17,841 nt of DNA from the NCBI GenBank assembly GCA_050486505.1, contig JBJHDK010000049.1:1-17841 (forward strand), written 5' to 3'. Positions within the stretch are counted from its first letter, which is position 1. Each line of letters opens with the position of its first letter. The position numbers and the translations under genes were made by a program. This DNA comes from Fibrobacteria bacterium (lineage in GTDB: Bacteria > Fibrobacterota > Fibrobacteria > UBA11236). The notes beneath the pieces were generated by a model. The model did no database searches and was not told the origin of the DNA. It saw nothing but the letters and a program-made list of their open reading frames with translations. Shown here in pieces: positions 1 through 9,538 of this stretch.

Positions 1-75
1 CGCGTCGCCCCTACATCGTCTGCGGGGGTTATTGTTCTGCGGGGGCATGTAAGGGCGACGCGCTGCGTCGCCCTA
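1..75. repeat. REP-like palindromic repeat cluster (partial unit 1-14, full unit 49-75)
   Basis: GTAAGGGCGACGC-GCT-GCGTCGCCCTA at 49-75 and a truncated ...CGCGTCGCCCCTAC at 1-14 (GTAGGGGCGACGCG on the minus strand). The spacer holds TCTGCGGGGG twice (19-28, 36-45). Same core as the 15073-15191 units. Confidence 0.75.
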
Positions 76-3000
76 TTCGACCTCAAACGACAAATCCCCC
101 GCAGCCAGGTCATCGCCCTTCGCGACGTGGATCTTCTTCACCTTCCCGGCCAGCGGCGACTTGATCACGTTCAGCATCTTCATCGCCTCCGTGACCATCA
201 GCTTCTGGCCCTCGGTGACCTCGTCGCCCACCTTGACCACCAGCTCCACCACCTTGCCCGACATGGGCGCGCCCACGTGGCCCGGGGTTCCGGGGTCGGC
301 CTTCTCGCGCTGCTTCGTTTTCTTGCCCGACGACTGGTCGTGCACGAAACTCGTGCGGCGGCGGCCGTTCAGCTCGTAGAAGATGGCGCGCGTGCCATCG
401 CCTTGCAGTTCGCCCACCGCCAGCAGCTTCACGATCAAGGTCTTGCCCTCCTCGATCGTGATGGCCACTTCCTTGTCGGACTCGAGGCCGTAGAAGAACG
501 TGGGCGTGTCGAGCACCGCCACGTCACCGAACACGCGATTGTAGGCCACGTATTCCTCGAACACCTTCGGGTAGAGCGCGTAGCTGAGCAACTCCTCTTC
601 GGTGAAGTCGCGCTCGAAGCGCTTCTTCAGCAGCTTCGCCGCCGCCTCGAAGTCGAACTCCTCGAGCAGCTCGCCGGGACGCACGGTGATGGGCTTCTCG
701 TCGCCCAGCACGGCCTTCACCAGCTTCGGCGGCCATCCGCCCGGAGGCTGGCCCATCAGTCCCTTGATGAGCTGCACGAACGACTCGGGGAAGGCCAGGT
801 CCTGCTTGCCGCCGAGCACGTCGTCGGCGGTGAGGTTGTTCTGTACCATGAACAGTGCCATGTCGCCCACCGCCTTCGACGACGGCGTCACCTTGATGAT
901 GTCGCCGCACATGTCGTTCACCACGCGGTAGGTCTTCTTGATCTCCTCCCAGCGCTCGCCCAGGCCCAGCGAGAAGGCCTGCGCGCGCAGGTTGGAGTAC
1001 TGGCCGCCCGGCATCTCGTGCAAATACACGTCGGCGGTGCCGGCCTTGAGGCCGCACTCGAAGGGCGCGTAGGGCTCGCGCGCGAGCTCCCAGTAATCCG
1101 CCAGCTTCTGCAGGTCCATCGGATCGATGCGGGTGTCGCGGGCGGTGCCCTGCAGGGCGCACACCAGCGCGTTCATCGACGCCTGCGACGTCATGCCCGA
1201 CATCGAGCTCAGGGCCGCGTCCACGACGTCGACGCCCGCGCGCGAAGCTTCGAGCAGCGCCGCCACCTGGTTGCCCGAGGTGTCGTGCGTGTGCAGGTGA
1301 ATGGGGACCTGCAGGGTGTTCTTCAGCTCGGTCACGAGGATGCGCGCGGCCTCGGGCTTGAGCAAACCGGCCATGTCCTTGATGGCCAGGATGTGCGCGC
1401 CCGCGTCCTCGAGTTCCTTCGCCAGCTTCACGTAATAGTCGAGCGTGTACTTCACGCGCTTGTTGTCGGTGATGTCGCCGGTGTAGCACACCGCCGCCTC
1501 CGCCACCTTGCCCGTCTTGCGCACCGCCTCGATGCAGGGGCGTAGGCCGGTGATCCAGTTCAGCGAATCGAAGATGCGGAAAATGTCGATGCCGTTCTTT
1601 GCCGCGGCGTCGATGAAACGGTTCACCACGTTGTCGGGATAGTTGGTGTAGCCCACCGCGTTCCCCGAACGGAGCAGCATCTGCAGCAGGGTTCCCGGCA
1701 TCATCCTGCGCATGATGCGCAGCCGCTCCCACGGATCTTCGTGCAGGAAGCGCATCGCGGTGTCGAAAGTCGCGCCCCCCCACATCTCCTGCGAATACAG
1801 GCCGTGGGTCAGGTGCGCTGTCGCGTGGGCCACGCGGAACATGTCGTGCCCGCGCAGGCGGGTGGCGAACAGGCTCTGGTGCGCGTCGCGCAAGGTCGTG
1901 TCGGTGAGCAGCAGGTGCTTCTGGTCGAGCGTCCACTTCGCCAGGCCCTCGGCGCCCTTCTCGCGGAAGACCTTGTAGGCCGGGGATTCGGGGGGTGTTC
2001 CCTTGGGGACATCCGGAACCTTGGGGGGCACGTCGTGGCGAACCGGCTTGAAGTCGGCGGGGATCTCGGGGAAGCCGTTGACGGCGACCTGCGAGAGGTA
2101 CCCGAGCAGCTTGTTGGCGCGGTCGAGGCGCGGCTTGAAGTCGAAGAGCTCGGGGTGGTTCTCGATGAAGCCCGTGTCGCACTGGCCCTTGAGGAACACG
2201 GGGTGGCGCAGCACGTTCTCGAGGAAGGGGATGTTGGTCTTCACGCCGCGCACGCGGAACTCGCGGATGGAGCGCAGGGCCTTCTTGGCGGCTTGGTCGA
2301 AGTCGAGGGACCACGCACAGACCTTGATCAACAGCGAGTCGTAGTGCGGCGAGATCACCGCGCCGTCGAAGCCGTTGCCCGAGTCGAGGCGGATGCCGAA
2401 GCCTTCGCCCGCGCGGAAGGCGGTGAGCTTGCCGAAGTCGGGCGCGAAGTTGTTGGCGGGATCCTCGGCGGTGAGGCGCAGCTGGATGCAATAGCCGCTC
2501 TTCTTGATCTTGTCCTGCGAGGGGATGCGGATCGACTCGCTGTCGAGCGGGTGTCCCTCGGCCACGCGGATCTGGCACTGCACCAGGTCGCGCCCGGTGA
2601 TGACCTCGGTGACGGTGTGCTCGACCTGAATGCGGGGGTTCACTTCGATGAAGTAGTGGCGGCCCTGCTGGTCGAAGAGGAACTCCACGGTTCCCGCATT
2701 GACGTAATCGACCTGGTCGGCGATGGCGAGCGCGTCGCGGTAGAGCGCTTCGCGTTGCTCCTGGGTGAGGCTGAGCGAAGGGGCGAACTCCACCACCTTC
2801 TGGTGGCGGCGCTGGATCGAGCAGTCGCGTTCGAACAGGTGCACGCGCTTGCCGTACTTGTCGCCGAGGATCTGCACCTCGATGTGGCGCGGCTTTTCGA
2901 GGTAGCGCTCGATGAAGATCTTCGGGTTGCCGAAGGCGGCCTTGGCCTCGTCGCGCGAGCGCGAGATGGCGTTGACCAGCTCCTCTTCACCGCGCACGAT

Positions 3001-3534
3001 GGTCATGCCGCGGCCGCCGCCGCCGAGCGCGGCCTTGATGATCAGGGGGTAGCCGTGTTCCTTCGCGAAGGCGAGGGCCTCTTTCTCGTTTTCGATCGGT
3101 TCGCGAGTGCCGGGGATGACGGGCACGCCGGCCTTCTCCGCGATGTTGCGGGCGGTGACCTTGTCGCCGAGCGCGTCGATGACCTTCGACCCGGGGCCGA
3201 TGAACACGATGCCGTTCGCTTCGCAGGCGCGCGCGAAGTCGGCGTTTTCGGAGAGGAACCCGTAACCGGGGTGGATGGCATCGACGCCCTTGTCTTTCGC
3301 CAGTTCGATCAGCTCGTCGATGCCGAGATAGGCTTCCACCGGGCCCTTGCCCGCGCCGATCTGGTAGGCTTCGTCGGCCTTGTAGCGATGCAGGTTCAGC
3401 CGGTCTTCGGCCGAGTAGACCGCGACGGTCTGGATACCGAGCTCGTTCGCGGCGCGGAACACGCGGATGGCGATTTCGCCGCGGTTGGCGACCATGATTT
3501 TGCGGAAGGACTTGATTTCGGTTTTTTTCGTCAT
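73..3534 (-). CDS. pyc: Pyruvate carboxylase (single-chain BC-CT-BCCP)
   Basis: 1153 aa. Biotin carboxylase motifs ANRGEIAIR, HPGYGFLSEN, GGGGRGM, FIEVNPRIQVEH; carboxyltransferase motifs DTTLRDAHQS, WGGATFD, IKDMAGL, HLHTHDT, PGGQYSNL; biotinyl motif EAMKM near the C-terminus. Confidence 0.98.
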   Translation of the reverse strand: MTKKTEIKSFRKIMVANRGEIAIRVFRAANELGIQTVAVYSAEDRLNLHRYKADEAYQIGAGKGPVEAYLGIDELIELAKDKGVDAIHPGYGFLSENADFARACEANGIVFIGPGSKVIDALGDKVTARNIAEKAGVPVIPGTREPIENEKEALAFAKEHGYPLIIKAALGGGGRGMTIVRGEEELVNAISRSRDEAKAAFGNPKIFIERYLEKPRHIEVQILGDKYGKRVHLFERDCSIQRRHQKVVEFAPSLSLTQEQREALYRDALAIADQVDYVNAGTVEFLFDQQGRHYFIEVNPRIQVEHTVTEVITGRDLVQCQIRVAEGHPLDSESIRIPSQDKIKKSGYCIQLRLTAEDPANNFAPDFGKLTAFRAGEGFGIRLDSGNGFDGAVISPHYDSLLIKVCAWSLDFDQAAKKALRSIREFRVRGVKTNIPFLENVLRHPVFLKGQCDTGFIENHPELFDFKPRLDRANKLLGYLSQVAVNGFPEIPADFKPVRHDVPPKVPDVPKGTPPESPAYKVFREKGAEGLAKWTLDQKHLLLTDTTLRDAHQSLFATRLRGHDMFRVAHATAHLTHGLYSQEMWGGATFDTAMRFLHEDPWERLRIMRRMMPGTLLQMLLRSGNAVGYTNYPDNVVNRFIDAAAKNGIDIFRIFDSLNWITGLRPCIEAVRKTGKVAEAAVCYTGDITDNKRVKYTLDYYVKLAKELEDAGAHILAIKDMAGLLKPEAARILVTELKNTLQVPIHLHTHDTSGNQVAALLEASRAGVDVVDAALSSMSGMTSQASMNALVCALQGTARDTRIDPMDLQKLADYWELAREPYAPFECGLKAGTADVYLHEMPGGQYSNLRAQAFSLGLGERWEEIKKTYRVVNDMCGDIIKVTPSSKAVGDMALFMVQNNLTADDVLGGKQDLAFPESFVQLIKGLMGQPPGGWPPKLVKAVLGDEKPITVRPGELLEEFDFEAAAKLLKKRFERDFTEEELLSYALYPKVFEEYVAYNRVFGDVAVLDTPTFFYGLESDKEVAITIEEGKTLIVKLLAVGELQGDGTRAIFYELNGRRRTSFVHDQSSGKKTKQREKADPGTPGHVGAPMSGKVVELVVKVGDEVTEGQKLMVTEAMKMLNVIKSPLAGKVKKIHVAKGDDLAAGDLSFEVE

Positions 3535-3885
3535 TGATCGAGGGTCTCCGCCGGGCCTGGAGGCCGGTAGGGTGAGGCGCGCAGCGCACCGGAAACAGGC
3601 CGCGAACCGGCGAAATTAGAAAAACGGACGGCTGGCCGGACGGTTTGGCGACCGTGCGCGCCTGATGTGTCCCGAGGCGGTGAAAAGCTGACGTTCCGAG
3701 TCGCATGCAACGAGTGCGCCGACCGTTTTTCATCGAGCCGCACGCAGTTCCCGCCGCCGATGCTCCGCTCTCAGTTCGCGTCGCATCGTTTTTTCCCTGA
3801 CTCTGCCGGTCAGGATTGTAATTAGCTTGGGAAAAGATGCGAATCAGGCGCTTCGAACCATGGAAGCGCGACGCACAGGGGGTGG

Positions 3886-6800
3886 ATGATGGAGTTCCGG
3901 CGACAGCCGCAATGGTACAAGGACGCGGTCATCTACGAAGTTCACGTCAAGAGCTTCAGCGATTCGGACGGCAGCGGCATGGGCGACCTGCGCGGCCTGA
4001 TCTCGAAACTGGACTACATCCGCGATCTCGGTGTGACGGCCATCTGGATCCTCCCGTTCTATCCCAGCCCCTTGCGCGACGACGGCTACGACATTGCGGA
4101 TTACCGCACCGTCAACCCCGCTTACGGGGATCTGGAAACCTTCAGGGAGTTTCTGCGCGAGGCGCATGCGCGCGGCATCTATGTCATCACCGAGATCGTG
4201 ATCAACCACACCTCGGACCAGCACCCCTGGTTCCAGAAGGCGCGCCGTGCCCCTGCCGGCAGTCCCGAACGCGAGTTTTACGTGTGGAGCAACACGAAGG
4301 AGAAGTACCGGCAGGCGCGCATCATCTTCCAGGACTACGAGCCTTCGAACTGGACCTGGGATCCCGTGGCCAAGGCGTATTACTGGCACCGCTTCTACAA
4401 CCACCAGCCCGACCTCAATTTCGATAACCCCAAGGTGCACGACGCCGTGCTCGAGATCCTCGATTACTGGCTCGAGATGGGAGTGGACGGCCTGCGCCTC
4501 GATGCGATTCCGTATCTCTACGAGCGCGACGGCACCTCGTGCGAAAACCTCCCTGAGACGCATGCCTTTTTGAAGAAACTTTCCGCGCATGTCCGGTCCC
4601 GCTTCGAACACCGCATGCTGCTCGCCGAGGCGAACCAGTGGCCCGACGACGCGGCCGCCTATTTCGGCGAGGGGGACTCGTGCGACATGGCCTTCCACTT
4701 CCCTCTCATGACGCGCCTCTACATGGCGCTCGAGATGGAAGACCGCTTTCCCATGGTGGACATCCTCCAGCAGACCCCCGACATTCCCGAAAACTGCCAG
4801 TGGGCCATCTTTCTGAGGAACCACGATGAGTTGACGCTCGAAATGGTCACCGACGAGGAACGCGACTACATGTACCGCGTCTTCGCCAAGGACCGTCGCG
4901 CCCGCATCAACCTCGGCATCCGCCGCCGTCTCGCGCCCTTGCTGGGCAACAACCGCCGCAAGATCGAGTTGCTCAACCGGCTCCTGCTCTCGTTGCCGGG
5001 AACCCCCGTGATCTATTACGGCGACGAGATCGGCATGGGCGACAACATCTACCTCGGCGATCGCGACGGCGTGCGCACTCCCATGCAGTGGAACGCGGAC
5101 AGGAACTCCGGCTTCAGTCGCGCCCCGACGCAGAAGCTGTATCTCCCGGTCATCGCCGACTCCGAACACCACTACGAAGCGGTCAACGTCGAGAACCAAG
5201 AGGCGAACCCCGCCTCATTGCTGTGGTGGATGCGCCGTCAGATCAGGCTGCGTCACGCGCATCCCGTTTTCGGGAGGGGAACGATCCGCTTTCTCGAGCC
5301 CGACAACGGGCGCGTTCTTGCCTTCGTGCGCGAGTCGGACGAAGAGGCCATTCTCGTGCTGGCAAACCTTTCGCAGCATCCGCAGGCGACCACGCTCGAC
5401 TTGTCCGACTTCCGCGGCGTGGAACCGCTCGAACTTGCCGGCGGCGTGCGCTTCCCCGCAGTGGGCGAGGAACCCTGGCCGGTGATGCTCGGCGGGCACG
5501 ACTCGCTGTGGCTCCAGCTTCGCAAGAGCACCGAAGAAATGTCCGGCGAGATGCGGGCGCTGCCCGATGCGGGGGAATGGGGCTCCATCAGCGAGTTGTT
5601 CGAACACGGTGCGCTGAACGCGAGGGTCCTGGAGGCGCATGTGGCCCAGGCTCCCTGGTTCGGCGGAAAGAGCCGGTTGCTGGCGCGGGTCGATTTGCAT
5701 GAGACCATCTTCCCGCCTCCCGGGAACCCCGGTGCGGCCCTGCTCATCCTGCGCGCGGAATATCTCGGGGCGGAACCCGAAGGGTACAGCCTGTGGGTGG
5801 GATTCGTGCCCGAGGCCGATGCCGAGACCTTGCCCGCGCGCGCCCTGATCGCCCGCGCCCGCATCGGCGGAAAGACGGGGTACCTGTGCGAGGCGCAGCA
5901 CCTGCCCTCCTTCAGAGCCTTCCTGCTCGGCTTGTTGCTGCGGCCCGGGATGGAGGGGGATCGTTTCGGGGCCCTGCGCGTCTTCGGCCACTCCGCGGCC
6001 GATCTTCCCCGGACTCCCGGCCGCATCTCAACCCAGCTCGTCGAAAGCGATCCCGAAGAGTTCCGCATCCTTTTGCGCGGTCGCATCTTCCTCCGCTGGT
6101 TCCGCCGCCTGCACGAGGGCGTGCACCCCGACCTCGAGACGCTGGGCGCGCTCAAGGCGCGTTTCCCCAAGGCCAAGGCGCCTGTGCGGCTCGCGCACGC
6201 CGAGCTCGAAACGGCCCGGCGGGGAGAGCCTCTCGTGCTCGGGTACGCCCAGCGCTTCGTGCAGGCCGAACGCAGCGCGCTCGACCTCGCCACCGAGGGC
6301 TTGCGCCACTTTCTCGACGGTGCGGCCACGCTGCTGCACCAGCCGGCGCCTCCCCGCAATGGTCTCATTCCTCCCCGCCTCGACTTCCAGACCCTGCCGC
6401 CGGAGTTGCAGGACTCCCTCGGAGGCGGATGGGCGGCCTTTGTCCATCTGCTGGGCAGGCGTCTCGGCGAACTGCATCGCGCGCTCTCCCGCTGCGGCGT
6501 CGGCGACCCCGGCTTCACGCCGGAGCCGTTCACCTCGCTGCACCAGCATTCGATGTACCACTCCATCCGCGGCCGTCTGCGCCGCGCCATTGCGCGCCTC
6601 GAAAAGAACCTCGACGGCGTTCCCGAGGTGCTCCATGCCCGGGCGCGCGCGGCCCTTGAGCGCCAAGACCGGGTTTTTTCCAAACTGCGCCGGCTCATCG
6701 CGGGACGGCTCGAGGGGCGGCGCATCCGCACCCACGGCGACTTGCGCCTCGACCGCATTCTCTTTACGGGCAAGGATTTCGTGTTCACCAGTTTCGACGG

Positions 6801-7200
6801 CCCCCCCTGGCTGGCGTTTGCGGAGAGACGCTTCCGTTTCAGCCCGTTGCAGGATGTGGCGGCGGTGATCCGCGAGATCGAGGCATGCCCTTCGCTCCTG
6901 TTGCCCGATGCCGGGGGCGAGCTGGAATCAGCAATGCGTGAGCGCGCCTGGGCCGAGCATTGGGCCGACCTGTCGGCCGGCCTGTTTCTCGATGGCTACC
7001 TCGATGAAATCGGGGGGGACCCCCTGCTGCCCGCGTCTTCGGAAGGGGTCGCGATCCTGCTCGAAGCATTCGCCCTCGAGCGCATCGCCCATGACTTCCA
7101 CAGCGCTTCCTCGTACCCTCTCAAGCTCGCTCCGGCACTGGATGCTTTCTTGCGGGCGACGGCACCGTCCCCGTCCACGCCCTTGCTCCCCCGTCCTTGA
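3886..7200 (+). CDS. treS: Trehalose synthase (maltose alpha-D-glucosyltransferase, GH13) fused to a C-terminal maltokinase (Pep2/Mak)-like domain
   Basis: WYKDAVIYE, SPLRDDGYDI, NHTSDQHPWF; catalytic motifs DGLRLDA, LAEANQW and FLRNHDELTLE intact; YYGDEIGMGDN, RDGVRTPMQW. The C-terminal half has an aminoglycoside-phosphotransferase-like RIRTHGD and SPLQDVA. RBS-like AGGGGG at 3877-3882; the start may be the second ATG at 3889. Confidence 0.95.
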   Translation: MMEFRRQPQWYKDAVIYEVHVKSFSDSDGSGMGDLRGLISKLDYIRDLGVTAIWILPFYPSPLRDDGYDIADYRTVNPAYGDLETFREFLREAHARGIYVITEIVINHTSDQHPWFQKARRAPAGSPEREFYVWSNTKEKYRQARIIFQDYEPSNWTWDPVAKAYYWHRFYNHQPDLNFDNPKVHDAVLEILDYWLEMGVDGLRLDAIPYLYERDGTSCENLPETHAFLKKLSAHVRSRFEHRMLLAEANQWPDDAAAYFGEGDSCDMAFHFPLMTRLYMALEMEDRFPMVDILQQTPDIPENCQWAIFLRNHDELTLEMVTDEERDYMYRVFAKDRRARINLGIRRRLAPLLGNNRRKIELLNRLLLSLPGTPVIYYGDEIGMGDNIYLGDRDGVRTPMQWNADRNSGFSRAPTQKLYLPVIADSEHHYEAVNVENQEANPASLLWWMRRQIRLRHAHPVFGRGTIRFLEPDNGRVLAFVRESDEEAILVLANLSQHPQATTLDLSDFRGVEPLELAGGVRFPAVGEEPWPVMLGGHDSLWLQLRKSTEEMSGEMRALPDAGEWGSISELFEHGALNARVLEAHVAQAPWFGGKSRLLARVDLHETIFPPPGNPGAALLILRAEYLGAEPEGYSLWVGFVPEADAETLPARALIARARIGGKTGYLCEAQHLPSFRAFLLGLLLRPGMEGDRFGALRVFGHSAADLPRTPGRISTQLVESDPEEFRILLRGRIFLRWFRRLHEGVHPDLETLGALKARFPKAKAPVRLAHAELETARRGEPLVLGYAQRFVQAERSALDLATEGLRHFLDGAATLLHQPAPPRNGLIPPRLDFQTLPPELQDSLGGGWAAFVHLLGRRLGELHRALSRCGVGDPGFTPEPFTSLHQHSMYHSIRGRLRRAIARLEKNLDGVPEVLHARARAALERQDRVFSKLRRLIAGRLEGRRIRTHGDLRLDRILFTGKDFVFTSFDGPPWLAFAERRFRFSPLQDVAAVIREIEACPSLLLPDAGGELESAMRERAWAEHWADLSAGLFLDGYLDEIGGDPLLPASSEGVAILLEAFALERIAHDFHSASSYPLKLAPALDAFLRATAPSPSTPLLPRP

Positions 7201-7291
7201 CGCCGGGGTTATCTTCATCGGAGGGCCATCGTGATGATTCGGGCGATTCAGGCGAAAACCGCCTGTTTGCCCCTCCATCAGAGCGATTGCA

Positions 7292-7314
7292 GCGGGAACC
7301 CCCGCATTTTTTTT
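7292..7314 (+). terminator. Intrinsic terminator-like hairpin between treS and the TPS/TPP gene
   Basis: GCGGG-AACC-CCCGC followed by A and T8, immediately upstream of the RBS AGGAGG (7317-7322). Confidence 0.55.
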
Positions 7315-7327
7315 CCAGGAGGATATC

Positions 7328-9538
7328 ATGCCACGTCTTGTTGTGGTCAGCAACCGGCTTCCCTTCAGCCTCGCCGAGGATGGCAAGGGCGGATACGATT
7401 TCAAGCCGAGTTCGGGCGGCCTGGTCACGGCGCTGGGCGCTTACATCGAACGCGAGAAAAAGGAGCAGGAACTCCAGTGCGTCTGGGTCGGCTGGCCCGG
7501 CACCGAGGTCGCGGAGGAGAAGCAGAAGGAGATTCGCGACAAAGCCCTGAAGGCGCACGGCGCGTGGCCGGTGTTTCTTTCGCACGAGGAGGCCGACCAG
7601 TTCTACCACGGGTTTTGCAACAACACGCTCTGGCCCTTGTTTCATTACTTCACTTCGTATGCAGTGTACGAGGGGGAGCAATGGGAAGCCTACGTGTCGG
7701 TGAACCGGCGCTTCGCCGAGGAACTTTCCGGCCTTTTGCAGGAGGGGGACCGTGTCTGGGTGCAGGACTACCAGCTGATGCTCTTGCCCGCTTTGCTGCG
7801 CGCGCAGCGTCCGGACCTGGCCATCGGGTTCTTCCTGCACATTCCGTTCCCTTCGTTCGAGGTGTTCCGCCTGTTGCCGACGCGCTGGCGCGAAGAATTG
7901 CTCAAGGGCGTACTGGGCGCCGACCTGATCGGATTCCACACGTTCGATTACAGCCAGGCCTTCTTGCGCAGCGTGTACCGCACGGTCGGCCACGACCATC
8001 ATTTCGGCCAGGTGCACGTCGATGAAGACATCCGCAAGGTGGACACGTTCCCCATTGGCATCGATGCGCAGCGGTTCATCGAGACCGCCTCGAGCGCCGG
8101 GGTGGAGGCCCTGACGGGTGAATTGCGCGCGGAACTGGGCGGGGTCCGCAAGATGCTGTTCTCGGTCGACCGTCTCGACTACTCCAAGGGCATCTTGCAC
8201 CGCCTGCTGGGATTCGAGGAGTTCCTCGAGCGCCACCCCGAGTGGCATGAAAAAGTGGTGTTCGTGTTGTCCGTCGTTCCCTCGCGCGAGGAGGTCGAGC
8301 AATACCGGCAAATGAAGAAGGAACTCGACGAGGCGGTGGGACGCATCAACGGACGCTACGGCAACGTGGGCTGGGTGCCCATCCGCTACCACTACCGCAG
8401 CCTGCCCTTCGAGGAACTGGTGGCCTTCTACCGCGCCGCGGACGTGGCGCTCATCACTCCGCTTCGCGACGGCATGAACCTCGTCGCGAAGGAATACGTG
8501 GCCTGTCGCGTGAACGAGGATGGGGTGCTCATCCTCAGCGAAACCGCCGGAGCGGCACGCGACCTTGGGGAGGCGATCCTCGTCAACCCGAATCACAAGG
8601 AGGAACTGGCGGACGCGCTCCTCGAGGCGTTCACGATGGAACCCGAGGAGCAGAAGCGCCGCATTCACCCGATGCGCGAGCGCCTGCAGCGCTACGACGC
8701 GGGGTGGTGGGCCGGATCCTTCCTCAAGGGGTTGGAAGCCGTGTTGCGCATCCCGCACGAAAAGTTCCACACCCGCGCGCTCGCGCCGGAGCAGCGCGCG
8801 GCCTTGCGTGAAAAATTCGCAAAGGCCGACAAGCGCCTGCTGTTGCTCGACTACGACGGGACGCTCGTGCCCTTCGCCCCGTTGCCGCACCTGGCGCGGC
8901 CGGACGAAGAGCTCAAGACCCTGGTGCGCAAGGTTTGCGCCGACAAGCGCAACACCGTCGTCATCATCAGCGGTCGTGACCGCGCCACGCTCGAGGAATG
9001 GTTCGGGGACCAGTCGCTGCATATCGTCGCCGAGCATGGCGCGTGGATCCGTCGTCCGGGCGGGGACTGGGGGCTGCTCAAGCCGGTGAGCTCCGAGTGG
9101 AAACAGACGCTGCTTCCGCTCTTCGAGATGTACGTGGGGCGCCTGCCCGGATCATTGCTCGAGGAGAAGGACTACAGCCTCGCCTGGCACTATCGCGGCG
9201 CCGATCCCGAGCTCGGTCTCGACCGGGCCAAGGAACTCGTCGACGACCTGGTGCAATACACCGGCAACTACGACGTGCAGGTGCTGGAGGGCAAAAAAGT
9301 CGTCGAGTTGCGCAACACCGGCATCAACAAGGGGGCCGCCGCGTTGACCCTCATTCATGAGCACGCCCCCGACCTGACGATCGCGGTCGGCGACGACCAG
9401 ACCGACGAGGACGTGTTCGCGGCGCTGCCCGAAGCCGCGGTGAGTTTCCGGGTGGGCAGCAAATTTTCACGCGCCACGCACAATCTGAAGGATCATCACG
9501 AGGTGCGGAAGTTGCTGGAGGAACTGACGGGGAATTAA
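7328..9538 (+). CDS. otsAB: Bifunctional trehalose-6-phosphate synthase / trehalose-6-phosphate phosphatase (OtsA-OtsB fusion, GT20 + HAD IIB)
   Basis: GT20 motifs [52 protein letters not shown] motifs [29 protein letters not shown]. Strong RBS AGGAGG. Confidence 0.96.
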   Translation: MPRLVVVSNRLPFSLAEDGKGGYDFKPSSGGLVTALGAYIEREKKEQELQCVWVGWPGTEVAEEKQKEIRDKALKAHGAWPVFLSHEEADQFYHGFCNNTLWPLFHYFTSYAVYEGEQWEAYVSVNRRFAEELSGLLQEGDRVWVQDYQLMLLPALLRAQRPDLAIGFFLHIPFPSFEVFRLLPTRWREELLKGVLGADLIGFHTFDYSQAFLRSVYRTVGHDHHFGQVHVDEDIRKVDTFPIGIDAQRFIETASSAGVEALTGELRAELGGVRKMLFSVDRLDYSKGILHRLLGFEEFLERHPEWHEKVVFVLSVVPSREEVEQYRQMKKELDEAVGRINGRYGNVGWVPIRYHYRSLPFEELVAFYRAADVALITPLRDGMNLVAKEYVACRVNEDGVLILSETAGAARDLGEAILVNPNHKEELADALLEAFTMEPEEQKRRIHPMRERLQRYDAGWWAGSFLKGLEAVLRIPHEKFHTRALAPEQRAALREKFAKADKRLLLLDYDGTLVPFAPLPHLARPDEELKTLVRKVCADKRNTVVIISGRDRATLEEWFGDQSLHIVAEHGAWIRRPGGDWGLLKPVSSEWKQTLLPLFEMYVGRLPGSLLEEKDYSLAWHYRGADPELGLDRAKELVDDLVQYTGNYDVQVLEGKKVVELRNTGINKGAAALTLIHEHAPDLTIAVGDDQTDEDVFAALPEAAVSFRVGSKFSRATHNLKDHHEVRKLLEELTGN

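Noticed and set aside
127..3537. Long plus-strand ORFs (472 aa, 598 aa) and a 684-aa alternate-frame ORF over pyc
   Set aside because: Shadow ORFs expected from high-GC codon bias; no recognisable motifs, and they fully overlap a confident gene.
5560..7200. Calling the treS C-terminal half a pseudogene
   Set aside because: No frameshift or stop; the domain is full-length and in frame, so only loss of catalysis is suggested.
7205..7300. Resemblance to a SAM-I riboswitch (TTATC...GGAGGG...GATGA)
   Set aside because: Lacks the GCAACC and GTGC core and a closing P1 partner, and the downstream gene is unrelated to sulfur metabolism.
7121..9037. 638-aa antisense ORF over otsAB, and similar ones at 3844-5199, 5253-6788, 10397-12166 and 12644-14530
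   Set aside because: Antisense mirrors of real genes in GC-rich DNA with no independent evidence of coding.
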